DNA of 64,000 nt, taken from the NCBI GenBank assembly GCA_041615815.1, contig JBFJCP010000016.1, positions 32,001 through 96,000 on the forward strand. The letters run 5' to 3'. This DNA comes from Gemmatimonadales bacterium (GTDB taxonomy: Bacteria > Gemmatimonadota > Gemmatimonadetes > Gemmatimonadales > GWC2-71-9). This document shows positions 62,505 to 64,000 of this stretch, piece by piece (the stretch's first letter is position 1; each line of letters starts with the position of its first letter). A program made the translations under genes and the position numbers. Under the pieces are notes generated by a model that saw only the letters and a program-made list of their open reading frames with translations, searched no databases and was not told where the DNA came from.

Positions 62505-63535
62505 CGTGCCTCGCCGAACTGGCCTAGGAACCGCATGTCGTTCTCGAACAGCATGCGGATGTCGGGAATCCCGTACCGTAGCATGGCGATTCGGTGCGGG
62601 CCCATGCCGAAGGCGTAGCCCGTGTACCGCTCCGGATCGATTCCGCAGGCCTCGAAAACCGCTGGATGCACCATCCCGGATCCCATGATCTCGAGCCACC
62701 CGGTGGACTTGCAGGTGGGGCAGCCACCGCCCTTGCAGAGTTGGCACTGCACATCGACTTCCGCCGACGGCTCGGTGAACGGGAAGTAGGACGGTCGAAA
62801 CCGGACCGCGGTATCGGCAGAGAAGAACTGCTTGACGAAGAAGTCGATTCCCGCCTTGAAATCCACGAAGGTCACGCCCTCGTCCACCACCAACCCTTCG
62901 ATCTGCTCGAAGACGGGCGCGTGCGAGGGGTCGAAGGCGTCGCGACGATAGGCCTGACCGGGCACGACAATGCGGATGGGTGGCTCGAACCGCTCCATGG
63001 TGCGGGCTTGCATGGGAGAGGTGTACGTTCTGAGCAGCACATGCGGACCGAGATAGAACGTGTCCTGCATGTCCGCCGCGGGATGATCGAGCGCGATGTT
63101 CAGTTTGGTGAAATTGTACTCTTCGGTCTCGACCTCGGGACCGGTCACACGGGTGTAGCCCAGGAGGCGGAAGATCTGACAGATCTCATCGACCACGGCG
63201 GTGACGGGGTGGACGGCACCGCGCCAAACCTCGCGGCCGGGCATGGTTCCGTCGAAGTCGAGCGCCGGCGCGCGCTCCTCGGCGAGGGCGTGCTCGCGCG
63301 CGGCGAATGCGGCTTCTAGGTCTTTCTTGAGTTCGTTGGCCCGCTGTCCGATCTCCCGACGCTCCTCGGGTGGGAGCTGCGGCAGCGACCGCAGGAGTTG
63401 CGTGAGGCGCCCCTGCTTGCGTCCCAGGAGCTCGGTCCGCAGCTGGGTAAGGGTGTCCCGGTCCGCCGCCGCGACGCGCGCAACAGCCTGGGAGAGCTCT
63501 TCCAGCTGACGGTGAGGGACGGACGTGGTGGACAT
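62501..63535 (-). CDS. pheS: Phenylalanyl-tRNA synthetase alpha subunit
   Basis: HPAADMQDTF, FRPSYFPFTEPS, GYAFGMG. Confidence 0.97.
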   Translation of the reverse strand: MSTTSVPHRQLEELSQAVARVAAADRDTLTQLRTELLGRKQGRLTQLLRSLPQLPPEERREIGQRANELKKDLEAAFAAREHALAEERAPALDFDGTMPGREVWRGAVHPVTAVVDEICQIFRLLGYTRVTGPEVETEEYNFTKLNIALDHPAADMQDTFYLGPHVLLRTYTSPMQARTMERFEPPIRIVVPGQAYRRDAFDPSHAPVFEQIEGLVVDEGVTFVDFKAGIDFFVKQFFSADTAVRFRPSYFPFTEPSAEVDVQCQLCKGGGCPTCKSTGWLEIMGSGMVHPAVFEACGIDPERYTGYAFGMGPHRIAMLRYGIPDIRMLFENDMRFLGQFGEAR

Positions 63536-63553
63536 CGGCAGGGGGCCGGTCCG

Positions 63554-63907
63554 CTAGAGGTTCTTCTTCGCGACCTCCGCCAACTCGCCAAACGCGATCG
63601 GATCGCGGACGGCGAGGTCTGCCAGAACCTTCCGGTTGATCTCGACTCCCGCCTTCTTCAGACCCGACATGAAGCGGTTGTACGAAAGGTCATGCAGCCG
63701 GGCGGCAGCGTTAATCCGGACGATCCACAGCCGCCGGAAGTCACGCTTGCGCAGCCGGCGGTCGCGGTACGCGTAGCGCCAGCCGCGCTCGACGGTTTCC
63801 TTGGCGGCCTTGAACAGCTTGCTGCGGCCACCACGCGCGCCTTTGGCCGCGCGCATGATCTTCTTCTTGCGCTTCAGCCTGGCGACGTTGGACTTCACTC
63901 TCGGCAT
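63554..63907 (-). CDS. rplT: 50S ribosomal protein L20
   Basis: MPRVK...[22 protein letters not shown]. Confidence 0.98.
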   Translation of the reverse strand: MPRVKSNVARLKRKKKIMRAAKGARGGRSKLFKAAKETVERGWRYAYRDRRLRKRDFRRLWIVRINAAARLHDLSYNRFMSGLKKAGVEINRKVLADLAVRDPIAFGELAEVAKKNL

Positions 63908-63916
63908 CGTCGACTC

Positions 63917-64000
63917 CTATCCCTGGAGCAGCTGCGCGATTCGCTTGGCATCCGCCCCTTTCACGAGGCCTGGCTGCCGGAGCCGACGCTTCCGCTTCTG
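63917..64000 (-). CDS. rpmI: 50S ribosomal protein L35, C-terminal part (runs off window edge)
   Basis: QKRKRRLRQPGLVKGADAKRIAQLLQG*, directly upstream of rplT. Confidence 0.88.
   Translation of the reverse strand, partial: QKRKRRLRQPGLVKGADAKRIAQLLQG

Overview
High-GC bacterial chromosomal window. Gene content (Hanks-type Ser/Thr kinases with TolB/TPR tails, Ig-like lipoproteins, DUF885, FadL) suggests Gemmatimonadota, but this is inference. The right end (~50-64 kb, minus strand) is a conserved housekeeping run: rpmI-rplT-pheS-pheT-zapB-like-zapA-rny-folD-xseA-xseB-ispA-dxs-nadK-recN. The left ~30 kb around a tRNA-Leu(UAA) is accessory. It holds a tandem pair of modular lipoproteins (duplicated leader + Ig domain + exactly 22 prolines, unrelated C-termini), a CDGSH/Fer4/Rieske-fused ThDP enzyme, and an eroding integron-type cassette array with attC sites but no integrase. 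The best candidate for an undescribed system is at ~34.9-39.4 kb: an UndA-like diiron fatty-acid decarboxylase sits in an operon with a PAS-PAS hybrid histidine kinase, flanked by an SCP2 lipid-binding protein and a REC-HD-GYP phosphodiesterase. Its upstream region carries a sigma54-type promoter and two perfect TGTGA-N6-TCACA palindromes. The layout resembles a synthase/sensor/c-di-GMP (RpfF/RpfC/RpfG-like) circuit using a fatty-acid-derived signal. All product calls come from motif recognition by eye; no database searches were run.
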